From: an uncultured Verrucomicrobiae bacterium
GTDB taxonomy: Bacteria; Verrucomicrobiota; Verrucomicrobiia; Chthoniobacterales; JAFAMB01
Length of the DNA stretch: 64,000 nt
Direction: 5' to 3'
Assembly (NCBI GenBank): GCA_963813025.1
Contig: CAWEXO010000015.1
Span: forward strand, 64,001 to 128,000
Below, piece after piece: positions 1 through 10,400 of the stretch. Within the stretch, counting starts at the first letter, position 1, and the number at the start of each line of letters is the position of its first letter. The position numbers were made by a program, and so were the translations under genes. The notes under the pieces are model-generated. The model was not told the origin of the DNA and did no database searches. It saw only the letters and a list, made by a program, of their open reading frames with translations.

Positions 1-2824
1 TTCCGAAGGTCAACGTCGTGCCGGCCAGCCACCGCCTCCAGCCCGCGGTGTTCCCCGTCGGAGCCGGTGCAATTGCCTTTTCCCCGACAATAGGCTTTCC
101 TTCCTTGTCGTAACCCGGCTTTGGCGTTTCCGGCGTCACTACTTCCGGTCTGCCGAACTCGTAGGAGATCTGCCAGTCAAAAGTCAGCCAGTTCCCGACA
201 GTCGGTGTTTGACTAACTCCCAATTGGGCTTCGATTTGACTGTTCGGAATTCCTTGCGCTTGGAAATCGTTTCCATCGTGTTCAGAATCCCAATAGTTGA
301 GCGTAACCCCTGTTCGAACGCGATCTATATTGAAGACTGTTTTCGAATAAAAGACGCTGGCGATCAGGTGGAAATCGGGACCTACTCCATTAGCCGGTGA
401 GGAGTCTGTAACATTAAAAACGGGACCATTCGGCAGGACTTGTTCGGCGATGTGATAAAAGTAGGTCGCGTCAACCTCAGACTCCAGCTTACCCCAATTG
501 AACTCCTTCGTGTTATAGGTGCCACCAAAAGAGACGCTATCCACGCGAATCGATCCAAGGTTCATAAAGGGGTCGTCAACTGAGAAGATCGTGCCATCCG
601 CACTGCGGGTCACGAAGCCCGGGAATAGCCCGGGATTGGAAACTATAAATTGCGCGGGCACCGTACCGATCACGTCTCTCTTAAGAATTTCGCTCCAGTC
701 AACGTATAAGCTCAATCCGTTTGCCCATCCCCACCAACTGTGATGTGGATCAGCGCTGCCCGGACTCCACACTGCTCCGGCATAATATCCATACGATATT
801 TCGGGTTTCAGATGGGGGTTTCCACCGCTGACAGTCTCGACTGCGGGAGAACCTGAAGTACCCGGGGGCGCAAAGGGGTCGCTCACAATTTCAAAACCTG
901 TAAGAGTTGCTGAGTACAGTTCGAAGAGTGACGGGGCTCTGAAGCCTTCGGAGTAGCTCGCGCGCAACGTCAAGTCATCGAATGGCTTGTAGCGAATCGA
1001 AAACTTCGGTTTCCATGCACTGCCAAAGCTGCTGTAGTCATCGTAACGTTCAGCCAGAATGACCTCCAGAAGCCGCATGCCAGGCCAGGACCATTTTTCT
1101 CCAAAGATTGGAAGGGTCAGTTGCCCATAGCCTGCGCGATCGTAGTCACGACCGCCTTGGTTTGGGCTGCCTCCCGCGGCAACGATGTCACCAAACCTCT
1201 GAGCATCGTCTTTCCGATCGACATAGGTCTGACTGCGGTACTCCAAGCCTGCGCCGGCTTGGATTGCGCCGGCCGGCACATAGACCACATCGCCACCCGT
1301 GGTCAACAGCCATTGGGTCAGGTCGGTTCGCGCGTCTTCCGTGGCCTGGTATTGACGCAAAGCGTTGAGGAGGCTGTTGTTGACCGGGTTTCCGCTCTGC
1401 GTATCGAAAAATGGATTAAAAAAAACACCCTCAAATCCAGGCAAAGTGCCGGACAGGGCCTCATTCAGTTCCGATTTCCTGACAAGGTTATATCGCTTTA
1501 TTGTCCCGTCCGTCTCCGCGTAATTAAAACTGCCGTCGACAAACCAGTTATTTGGCAGATTGATCAGACTGATGCCGACAATGTTCCGGAAATTTGTGAC
1601 GTCGGTGATTGTTTTCCGTTGACCAAGGTTCGCTAAGCGACCTCTATCCCAAAAAAGACTTTCACCAAAAGGATTAAATGGGTTATCCGCGGGAACATTG
1701 ATTCCATCGGTATTCGTGATTAGAGTCGGGGAATTCGAGGCCCTTTCTTCTGTCTTCGCAATGGTGAAGGTGTCGTAAAATCTCAGTTTTTCGAATGGTT
1801 GATAGTTGAGATTAACCAGGCCTCCAATCCGTTCTTCGCGAGGAACTAATTGAACGCCAGATACTGTATTAAACAGAAATGGCTCAAGTCCCTCGCCGAT
1901 CGTAACGTCGTTTGGACCAGGTATATTGCCGCCAAAGCCCAGACTAATACGATAATCCAGGCCAGTGTCATTTCCGACAAAAAAAGGAGCTGTATTCCGC
2001 GATGAGCGGTGATCTTTGTAATCGGAGGGACCTCTCAGCAGGTGGTCTACGTTCGAGGAAAACGCCCGGTCCACGGCATCGATCGGGCTGCTGCTGTAGT
2101 AGTCGAACGCTCCAGTAAGGTCAAACTTGGCGCCTTTGTCGTTCAATTGGGCGATTCCGAAGGTTGCTTGCTGGTGGTAGGTTTCATAGTCGCCGCGCTG
2201 GCTGATGCCAAAGTAGCTATTGATATCCCCGCCATTGTAGTCGCTCTTGAGGATTATGTTGATGACGCCCGCAATCGCGTCCGAACCGTAAACGGCACTT
2301 GCCCCATCCTTGAGATATTCAATTCGATCCACCGCCGCCAACGGAATTGAGTTGAGATCGACAAACGGCGTCGATCCGTTTTGCGGAAACGGATATTGAG
2401 TTTGGCGGTGGCCGTCGATCAGTACAAGAGTCGACTGGGACCCGAGGCCCTGCAGGCTTATAGCAGATCCGCCAGGTGCGAAGGACAAACCAGCGTTGAC
2501 GGTCGGCGTAAAGGCCCCAACGTTTTCGGGCAATCGCGCGAGCACGTCGGAAACGGTTTGGTCGCCCCTTTTTGCGATAAAATCGCGATCAAGAGTCGTC
2601 ACCGGCTGCGTGCCGACACCGACCCGCGGTACGATATAACCAGTAACGGTGATCTGTTGAAGCTGCCCGGGCGAGGTACCGCCCGCCGACGCCGTCTGCG
2701 CTGGTTGATCAGCTGCGGCGGCTCCCGGTGCAGGCTGTGGAACGGCCGGATCCGTACTCTGGCTCAGGGCAGCCGTCGCGAAAATGCACATCCCTGCAGG
2801 CACGGCCAAGTACTTGCAAACCAT
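1..2824 (-). CDS. TonB-dependent receptor, paralogue 1 (3' end runs off the window)
   Basis: Hand-translated from ATG at 2824: MVCKYLAVPAGMCIFATAALSQ...GQLQQITVTGYIVPRV...STLVLIDGHRQ. The frame at the window edge is consistent (GWRRWLAGTTLTFG). Colinear and highly similar to 3076-6033. Absent from the ORF track, presumably because it has no stop in the window. Confidence 0.92.
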   Translation of the reverse strand, partial: MVCKYLAVPAGMCIFATAALSQSTDPAVPQPAPGAAAADQPAQTASAGGTSPGQLQQITVTGYIVPRVGVGTQPVTTLDRDFIAKRGDQTVSDVLARLPENVGAFTPTVNAGLSFAPGGSAISLQGLGSQSTLVLIDGHRQTQYPFPQNGSTPFVDLNSIPLAAVDRIEYLKDGASAVYGSDAIAGVINIILKSDYNGGDINSYFGISQRGDYETYHQQATFGIAQLNDKGAKFDLTGAFDYYSSSPIDAVDRAFSSNVDHLLRGPSDYKDHRSSRNTAPFFVGNDTGLDYRISLGFGGNIPGPNDVTIGEGLEPFLFNTVSGVQLVPREERIGGLVNLNYQPFEKLRFYDTFTIAKTEERASNSPTLITNTDGINVPADNPFNPFGESLFWDRGRLANLGQRKTITDVTNFRNIVGISLINLPNNWFVDGSFNYAETDGTIKRYNLVRKSELNEALSGTLPGFEGVFFNPFFDTQSGNPVNNSLLNALRQYQATEDARTDLTQWLLTTGGDVVYVPAGAIQAGAGLEYRSQTYVDRKDDAQRFGDIVAAGGSPNQGGRDYDRAGYGQLTLPIFGEKWSWPGMRLLEVILAERYDDYSSFGSAWKPKFSIRYKPFDDLTLRASYSEGFRAPSLFELYSATLTGFEIVSDPFAPPGTSGSPAVETVSGGNPHLKPEISYGYYAGAVWSPGSADPHHSWWGWANGLSLYVDWSEILKRDVIGTVPAQFIVSNPGLFPGFVTRSADGTIFSVDDPFMNLGSIRVDSVSFGGTYNTKEFNWGKLESEVDATYFYHIAEQVLPNGPVFNVTDSSPANGVGPDFHLIASVFYSKTVFNIDRVRTGVTLNYWDSEHDGNDFQAQGIPNSQIEAQLGVSQTPTVGNWLTFDWQISYEFGRPEVVTPETPKPGYDKEGKPIVGEKAIAPAPTGNTAGWRRWLAGTTLTFG

Positions 2825-2859
2825 TAAAGACTTCCTGGTTAACAAAAGATCTAAATAAA

Positions 2860-2889
2860 TTTGAACGATTTTGGCGAAAGATTGCCAAC
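2860..2889 (-). promoter_or_regulatory. Conserved 30-bp motif upstream of receptor 1
   Basis: Sense sequence GTTGGCAATCTTTCGCCAAAATCGTTCAAA. One mismatch to 6068-6097 and similar to 7135-7164. Confidence 0.6.
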
Positions 2890-3075
2890 CTCGAAACTTG
2901 AGGCCGGCGGATTAAAGTTGTCCGAGACGGCATCCACCCATCCACCGAACAATTCTCCAAGATTTCTCCTCGTCAGCGATCTTGGCGACCTTCTGTTCAA
3001 AACCGTCACCGCTGCCCACCCGGAAGCGCGATTACGCCGAACTGCGGCGCAGTTCCGCGTACTTTTAATTTTCGG

Positions 3076-6033
3076 TTAGAATTTCTTCTCTACCGAAACG
3101 TAGAAGAATCGCTGGATGTAATTTGCGTATGACGGGTCATACCCCTCCGTTCCGGCAGCGGTCGCCTGATCGGCAAAAGGCGGACGGGTATCACCGATGT
3201 TATTGATTCCGAAGGTGAACGCCGTACCGGCTAGCCACCGCCTCCAGCCCGCACTGCTCCCGGCCGGAGCCGGTGCAATTGCCTGTTGTCCGACGATCGG
3301 CTTGCCTTCTTTGTCGTAGCCCGGCTTCGGTGTTTCGGGCGTGACAACCTCCGGCTGGCCGAACTCGTAAGAGATCTGCCAGTCAAAAGTGAGCCAGTTC
3401 CCGACGGTTGGTGTTTGACTCACTCCCAATTGGGCTTCGATTTGACTGTTCGGAATCCCTTCCGCCTGGAAATCGTTACCATCGTGCTCAGAATCGTAAA
3501 AATTAAGGGTTACTCCTGTTCGAATGCGATCTACCCCAAATACTGTTTTCGAATAAAAGAGGCTGGCGATCAGGTGGAAATCAGGGCCCACTCCATTGAA
3601 TGGAGAAGAATCGGTAATGTTCAGGACATTGCCATTCGGCACGATCTGTTCGGCAATATGATAGAAGTAGGTCGCATCAGCCTCAAACTCCAGCTTACCC
3701 CAGTCGTACTCCTTTGTGTTGTAGGTGCCACCAAAGGAGACACTATCGACCCGAATTGATCCAAGGTTCAAAAACGGGTCGTTAACCGAGAAGATCGTGC
3801 CGTCCGCACTGCGTGTCACCGCGCCTGGGAAGAGCCCGGGATTGGAAACCACAAATTGCGCGGGCACGGTGCCGATCACGCTTCTCTTATAAATTTCGCT
3901 CCAGTCAACGTATAAGCTCAATCCGTTAGCCCATCCCCACCAACTGTGTTCCGGATCAGTACTGCCCGGACTCCACACTGCACCGGCATAATACCCGTAA
4001 GATATTTCGGGCTTCAGATGAGGGTTTCCACCGCTGACAACCTGGACTTCGGGAGAAGACGAAGTACCCGGAGGCGCAAAGGGGTCGTTGACCACCGTAA
4101 ACGCTGTGAGGTTAGCGGAGAAAAGTTCGAAGAGTGAGGGCGCCCTGAACCCTTCCGAATAGCTCGCGCGGAACGTCAAATCATCGAATGGCTTGTAGCG
4201 AACCGAAAACTTAGGCTTCCAGGCACTGCCAAAACTGCTGTAGTCGTCGTAGCGTTCAGCCAGAATGAATTCCAAAAGCCGCATGCCTGGCCAGGACCAT
4301 TTTTCTCCGAAGACCGGAATGGTTAGTTGTCCATAGCCTGCACGATCATAGTCTCGACCACCTTGGTTTGGGCTACCTCCCTGCGCAACGACATCTCCAA
4401 ACCTTTGAGCATCGTCTTTCCGATCGACGTAGGTCTGACTGCGGTACTCAAAGCCTGCGCCAGCTTGGAGTGCACCGCCCGGCAGATAGACCACATCACC
4501 ACCCGTTGTCACCAGCCATTGGGTCAGGTCGGTTCGCGCGTCTTGTGTGCCCTGATACTGACGCAACGCGTTGAGAAGACCGTTGTTGACCGGGTTTCCG
4601 CTCTGCGTATCGAAAAATGGATTGAAAAAAACACCCTCAAATCCAGGCAAAGTGCCGGAGAGGGCCGCATTCAGTTGCGATCTCCTGACAAAGTTATTTA
4701 ACCTTATCGTTCCGTCCGTCTCTGCATAGTTGAAGCTGGCATCGACAAACCAGTTATTTGGCAGATTTATCAGACTAACTCCCACGATGTTGCGAAAATT
4801 GGTGAGGTCAGTGGTAGTTTTCCGTTGGCCGAGATTTGCTAAGCGCCCTCTGTCCCAGAAAAGGCTTTCACCAAATGGATTGAACGGATTGTCCGCAGGC
4901 ACATTGATACCGTCGGTATTCGTAATTGGCGTGGGCGTAAACGAGGCAATTTCTTTCGAGTGTGCAATGGTGAACGTGTCGTAAAACTTCAGTTTCTCAA
5001 ATGGCTGATAAATGACATTAACCAAGCCTCCAATCCGCTCTTCCCGAGGAACTAATTGAACTCCGGATACAGTATTAAAGAGGAATGGCTCAAGCCCGGT
5101 GCCGATCGTAACGTCGTTCGGGCCAGGTATATTTCCGCCGAAACCCAAATTGATTCGATATTCGAGGCCAGTGTCATTCCCGACAAAAAAAGGAGCGGTG
5201 TTTCGCGATGAGCGGTGATCGGTGTAGTCGGAAGGGCCTCTCGGTACGTGGTTAACGTTCGAGGAAAACCCGCGATCGATAGCATCGATCGGGCTGCTGC
5301 TGAAGTAGTCAAACGATCCTACCAGATCAAACTTAGCGCCATTCTCATTCAGTTGATGGGCAATTCCAAAGGTTGCTTGCTGATGGAACGTTTCATAGTC
5401 ACCGCGTTGGCTGATACCAAAATAGCTGTTGATATCACCCCCACTGTACTCGCTCTTGAGGATTACGTTGATGACGCCCGCGATTGCGTCTGAGCCGTAC
5501 ACGGCGCTTGCCCCGTCTTTGAGAAATTCAATCCGGTCGACGGCAGCCAGTGGAATTGTATTGAGATCGACAAACGGCTGAAATCCGTTTTGCGGAAAGG
5601 GAAAGATGGCTTGGCGGTGGCCATCGATCAGCACAAGAGTCGACTGCGGCCCGAGGCCCTGCAGGCTTATGGACGATCCCGCAGGGGAAAAGGACGCACC
5701 AGCATTGACAGTAGGAGTAAAGTTCCCAACGTTCTCGGGCAACCGTTGCAGCACATCAGAAACGGTTTGATCGCCCCTTTTTGAGATAAAATCCCGATCA
5801 AGGGTGGTCACCGGCTGCGTGCCGGCGCCGACACGTGGTATGATATAACCAGTAACCGTGATCTGTTGAAGCTGCCCGGGCGAGGTACCGCCCGGCTGCC
5901 CGGTCGGTGCGGGGGGAGGAGCCGAAGCGGGCTCAGTTCCCGAAGGTGGAGCGGCCGGATCCGTATTCTGGCTTAGGGCTGCCGCCGCGAAAATGCACAG
6001 GCATGCAGGCAAGGCCAAGTATTTGCAAATCAT
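3076..6033 (-). CDS. TonB-dependent receptor, paralogue 2
   Basis: Signal peptide MICKYLAL..., TonB box LQQITVTG, plug motifs LVLIDG and IEFLKDGASAVYGSDAIAGVINVI, C-terminal Phe (VEKKF). Start taken at ATG 6033 by homology to paralogue 1. Confidence 0.95.
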   Translation of the reverse strand: MICKYLALPACLCIFAAAALSQNTDPAAPPSGTEPASAPPPAPTGQPGGTSPGQLQQITVTGYIIPRVGAGTQPVTTLDRDFISKRGDQTVSDVLQRLPENVGNFTPTVNAGASFSPAGSSISLQGLGPQSTLVLIDGHRQAIFPFPQNGFQPFVDLNTIPLAAVDRIEFLKDGASAVYGSDAIAGVINVILKSEYSGGDINSYFGISQRGDYETFHQQATFGIAHQLNENGAKFDLVGSFDYFSSSPIDAIDRGFSSNVNHVPRGPSDYTDHRSSRNTAPFFVGNDTGLEYRINLGFGGNIPGPNDVTIGTGLEPFLFNTVSGVQLVPREERIGGLVNVIYQPFEKLKFYDTFTIAHSKEIASFTPTPITNTDGINVPADNPFNPFGESLFWDRGRLANLGQRKTTTDLTNFRNIVGVSLINLPNNWFVDASFNYAETDGTIRLNNFVRRSQLNAALSGTLPGFEGVFFNPFFDTQSGNPVNNGLLNALRQYQGTQDARTDLTQWLVTTGGDVVYLPGGALQAGAGFEYRSQTYVDRKDDAQRFGDVVAQGGSPNQGGRDYDRAGYGQLTIPVFGEKWSWPGMRLLEFILAERYDDYSSFGSAWKPKFSVRYKPFDDLTFRASYSEGFRAPSLFELFSANLTAFTVVNDPFAPPGTSSSPEVQVVSGGNPHLKPEISYGYYAGAVWSPGSTDPEHSWWGWANGLSLYVDWSEIYKRSVIGTVPAQFVVSNPGLFPGAVTRSADGTIFSVNDPFLNLGSIRVDSVSFGGTYNTKEYDWGKLEFEADATYFYHIAEQIVPNGNVLNITDSSPFNGVGPDFHLIASLFYSKTVFGVDRIRTGVTLNFYDSEHDGNDFQAEGIPNSQIEAQLGVSQTPTVGNWLTFDWQISYEFGQPEVVTPETPKPGYDKEGKPIVGQQAIAPAPAGSSAGWRRWLAGTAFTFGINNIGDTRPPFADQATAAGTEGYDPSYANYIQRFFYVSVEKKF

Positions 6034-6067
6034 TAAAGTCTCCCCGGTAATAAAAAATGTAAATAAA

Positions 6068-6097
6068 TTTGAACGATTTTGGCGAAAGATTGTCAAC
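6068..6097 (-). promoter_or_regulatory. Conserved 30-bp motif upstream of receptor 2
   Basis: Sense sequence GTTGACAATCTTTCGCCAAAATCGTTCAAA, about 35 bp upstream of the ATG. Confidence 0.6.
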
Positions 6098-6230
6098 CCG
6101 TAAACTCGTGCCTGCTGTAGTAAAGGTGCTTTGTTGGAATCCCGCAGCGCTTTTTCGGTGGCAGGCCATCGAATTTTCTTTCCAACGGGTCTCGTGTTCG
6201 GCATCCTGCAGGGTCGTATTGGAGGTAAGA

Positions 6231-6626
6231 ATGGACCACTGGGGCGTTGTTCAAACCAAGTTGTTGCTTCCGTTTTTGTTTTTGCAGGCTATTGCGGGCG
6301 CTGCCTGTCTTGCCGGTCCAACTGTCGCTTCGGACCAAACGGGGAAGATCGTCCCAAAATCCGTGCTGATTGTATCCGAGCCGACGGGCGCAGCGGTTTC
6401 CATCAATGGTCAACGGGTCGGCACGACGCCCTGCGTCGTTGATCTCGCGGTAAAGGCAAACGGCCAGTGCGTCCGGCCATTGCTGATCCGTGCGGAAAAG
6501 CTCCCGGCATTTGCCTATGAAGCTGAGCGGCTCTTTCCCGGCAAAGAAAAGGACGGTGCATCGAACTACGTTCCGCCGGTGCTGCGGTTCGATCTGAATG
6601 TGCAACGAGTCGTGACGTTTCGTTAG
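6231..6626 (+). CDS. Secreted PEGA-domain protein
   Basis: GGAGGT Shine-Dalgarno before ATG 6231. Signal peptide, then the PEGA pattern VLIVSEPTGAAVSINGQRVGTTP. Confidence 0.8.
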   Translation: MDHWGVVQTKLLLPFLFLQAIAGAACLAGPTVASDQTGKIVPKSVLIVSEPTGAAVSINGQRVGTTPCVVDLAVKANGQCVRPLLIRAEKLPAFAYEAERLFPGKEKDGASNYVPPVLRFDLNVQRVVTFR

Positions 6627-6629
6627 CCC

Positions 6630-6720
6630 GCCTTGCTCACGAATCCTTAGGGATTTGCGAGCAAGGCAGGCTATGGCAGCAGAATTGTCCGGCTACGTCG
6701 GAGAATTCTGCTGCTTTTTC
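6630..6720 (+). terminator. Two tandem hairpins; the second ends in a T-tract
   Basis: GCCTTGCTC...GAGCAAGGC and GCAGCAGAATT...AATTCTGCTGC followed by a T run, directly after the PEGA stop codon. Confidence 0.65.
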
Positions 6721-7134
6721 AAAGAAGAGTCGGAAATCAGTTTGTTCGGATTCATTTATTTTGGATAGGCGCGCAGCATCTATTAAGAGACCTCTAGCCC
6801 GCAAACGGCTGCTCATTTCGGATCGGCAGGCTGATAGTAACGCAAATGCCTAGCCGAGCGTTCGCTGAAGCCGCGATTCCTTGCAGCCGCCGAATCAAGG
6901 AATTTTGGACTGACCGTTATAAGCGAAATCGATCAGAAACTGTCCCACTGCGCGCCGATTCCATTCGCCAAAGCAGGCGTTTGCTGGCTCGCGCGATATT
7001 GTCCAAAGTTGTGCATTCGGGGCGGGCACATCCAAATTTAAAGTGACTATTTAGGCGGATTGCGAAGGTTCTTTTTCTCAGTTTTCGCGCCTAAACCGTG
7101 GTATTTCATACGTTTCTCCCGCACGCTCGTCCGC

Positions 7135-7208
7135 GGTGACAAGTTCGTGACAAAATTGTTCAAAAATCGTGGCAAATACTTGACAGTGAATCTCAAATTT
7201 TTTAGAAA
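7135..7208 (+). promoter_or_regulatory. 11-bp periodic GTGACAA repeats and a sigma70-like promoter upstream of receptor 3
   Basis: GTGACAA at 7136 and 7147, GTGGCAA at 7169, TTGACA at 7180, then a 17-nt spacer and TAGAAA at 7203. Confidence 0.5.
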
Positions 7209-7422
7209 AACGGCGCATTCGGGTGAAATAACTAACCATAACTCGTTTGAAAACACAGAGAGAGCTCCCGGCACACATGGTGCCGATTCATCGTTGGCAG
7301 CCCCTCAAATGCAGATCCCTTAACCAGAACTGCGAACACTGTTGCGAATTGTCCATGGCGCTCGGCCTCCCGCCGGGGCTTTGGCGTTTTTTTCTGGAAT
7401 AAACCAAGGAGTACAACTAAGA

Positions 7423-10400
7423 ATGATACAGAAAACATTGGCCGCCGGCATCGGCCTTCTGACCTTAGCGGGAGTTGCCTTAGCACAGGCTCCCGCAGCG
7501 GCCCCTTCCGCATCTGCGGGTCCCACACCCCTGGACCAGCCCGCGGCGGCCGCACCTGCCGGAGGCGCAGAGCTGCAACGGATCACCTTGGGGCAGGCTC
7601 CCGTAGCCGCCGCCGACCAGCCCGCGGCTGGACCTGGCGGAGGTGGGGAGCTGCAACGGATCACAGTCACCGGCTATATCATCCCGCGCCTGGGCGAAGG
7701 CACGCAGCCGGTTTTCAACCTGGACAGGGACTGGTGGCAAAGGCGCGGACAGCAAAACACCGCTTCGGTATTGGAAACCCTTCCTTTCGCTAATGGCAAT
7801 TTTAACCAGAACTTTGCGCCGGGGAACAATACTTCGCCAGGCGGCGACGCCGTCAATCTGCGTAACCTCGGGGTGAACGCCACGTTGGTTCTGGTCGATG
7901 GCCTGCGTTTCCCCTTGTTTCCATTACCCCTGAACTTTACCCAAACCTTTGTCGACCTGAACTCAATTCCGATCGCCGCGATCGAACGGATTGAAATCCT
8001 GAAGGACAACGGTACGGCCACTTATGGTGACGATGCGGTTGCCGGTGTGATCAACATCATCCTCAGGGATAATTACAACGGCGCCCAGTTTAACAACTAT
8101 TTAGGCTTCAGTCAGCGGGGGGATGACGTAACCTACCATTCCCAACTTGTAGCTGGTATCGCCGATGATCTGGGCAAGTTTGGGAAATTCAGCCTTGTAG
8201 CCGCCTTCAACTATGAAGTGAGCACTCCGATTGATGCCTTGGATCGCCCCTTGACGACTGGCGACTATCATGAACTCAGCCCAAAATATCCCAGCCCGCC
8301 AACCTCATTTGTCCCCTACCTTAGTTCGTTTCTTGGTGTAGATTCCGGCAACTTTTATACAGTAATTCCCGGCACCAAAACCGGGCCGACCACGAGTCTT
8401 ACGACGGAACCGATTTCGTCCCCGATTCTTATTCCCCAAAACGCTCAACTGCAGCCAAGAGAAGAGCGTTACGGCGGGCTGGTGAAGTTGAATTATTCAC
8501 CGACCGATTGGTTTAAGCTCTACGATACCTTCATTATCCAAGACAATCACGAGAAGGCTTCGACCCTCAACCAGGGATACGACTTCGGTGGCGCCGACAA
8601 GATCTTTGGACAGCCTATCGTGATTCCGGCCACAAATCCTTTCAATACTACCGGGGAGCCACTCATTCCGCAGGGTGGTTGGGGAGGCGATTTTCCGCCC
8701 TGGACTCAGGACACCTGGATCCGCACCATACGCAATAACGTGGGAGCGCTGTTGCAGCTGCCCCACAATTGGACGGTTGAGGGCATCTTCAACTACGGAG
8801 AATCGGACGGGACCGAAACGGTTCACAATGGCGTCAATCTGTTAGCTTTGCAGCAAGGTCTGAATGGAACGTTACCGGGCCATATCGGGCAATTCTACAA
8901 TCCGTTTTTGGACTGGCGAGCCGTCCAGGGCTTCAATAAAGCGTTAGTACCCGCGCTCCTCGTCGACCAAACCTTGGACGCCCGCACCGAGGTCGTGCAG
9001 TGGATACTGAAAGCCGGTGGTACTGTGCTTGATCTCGACAGCGGGCCGGTCAACGTGGCCGCGGGATTGGAGTATCGCAGTGAATCCTTGATTCAGGCAA
9101 ACGACCAACTCAGTGAGCTGCGTTTAATTGGTAACGGCGACTTCCTGGGCAAGCAAACCGTTGGACGCCGCTACATCAGAAGCGCCTATTGGGAGGTTGA
9201 CATTCCGCTCGCCGGCGACAAATGGTCCTGGCCCGGGCTACGCAATCTAGACTTCACCTACTCGGAGAGGTACGACGATTACACCGTGTTCGGCAGCGCC
9301 GCCAAACCAAAGTTTGCCATACGCTACAAACCCTTTAATGATTTGACCGTTCGGGCAACGTATTCGGAGGGCTTCGTTGTCCCTTCCTTGTCGCAACTTT
9401 TCTCTACGCCGCTCGAGTTTCAGCAGTCGATCATTGACCCTAATTTCCCGGCCGGAAATCCGAATCACGCCTACAGTACGCTCTTGATCCAAGGATCCAA
9501 TCCGAATTTGAAACCCCAGAACGCGTACTCTTATTACTTGGAGGGCGTCTGGACGCCGGACTCCCTGAATGATCCCAATGGCTGGTTCCATTGGTTACAT
9601 GGCCTCACGGCTTACGTTGATTGGTTCCAGATCGAGCTACGGAACCAGATCGGCACGATTACGCCGCAATTCGTCGTGGATGCTCCAACGGCCTTTCCTG
9701 GCAATAGCATTGTCAGAGGTGCTAATGGATTGATCACGCAAATAAATAACCCGTTTATTAATATTGGTACCATTAACACCCGCGGCTTCGATTTTGGTGG
9801 AAGCTATATTACCAAAGAATATGATTGGGGTAAGCTCGATTTTGAACTCAACGCCACGTACGTTTACGGTTGGTCGCAGAAGATTCCTTACCCGCCCGTT
9901 AACGGCAGGCCGACATTCCAGGTAATCACCCTCGACGACCAGGCCGGCTCACCGGGTGGAGTCGTTACCGGCGGCGGACCGGACCTCAAATTGATTACCA
10001 GTTTGTTTTATTCTAAAACGATGTACGGCATTGACACGTTCAGCACGGGTCTCACACTGAATTATCGCGATTCAGAGGCCGATTTTAACAACAACGCGAA
10101 GGGCTCAAATCCCCTGGCGAACCCTGGTCTGGATGCGCCCGGTTATGTTCATGAAATTGGCAGCTTCACCACGGTGGACTACCAGATCAGCTATGAATTT
10201 GGCAAGCCGGAGGAGATCGCGCCGGAAACCGCTAAACCTGGATACGACAAGGAAGGGCATAGGCTGGTCGGTGAAAAGGCAATCGCGCCTAAGCCCGAGG
10301 GATCCCGGCGGGGATGGAGACAATGGCTCGCTAATACCAAACTTATCTTTGGCATCAATAACATCTTTGATACGCACCCACCGCTCTCCGTGGATTCCAA

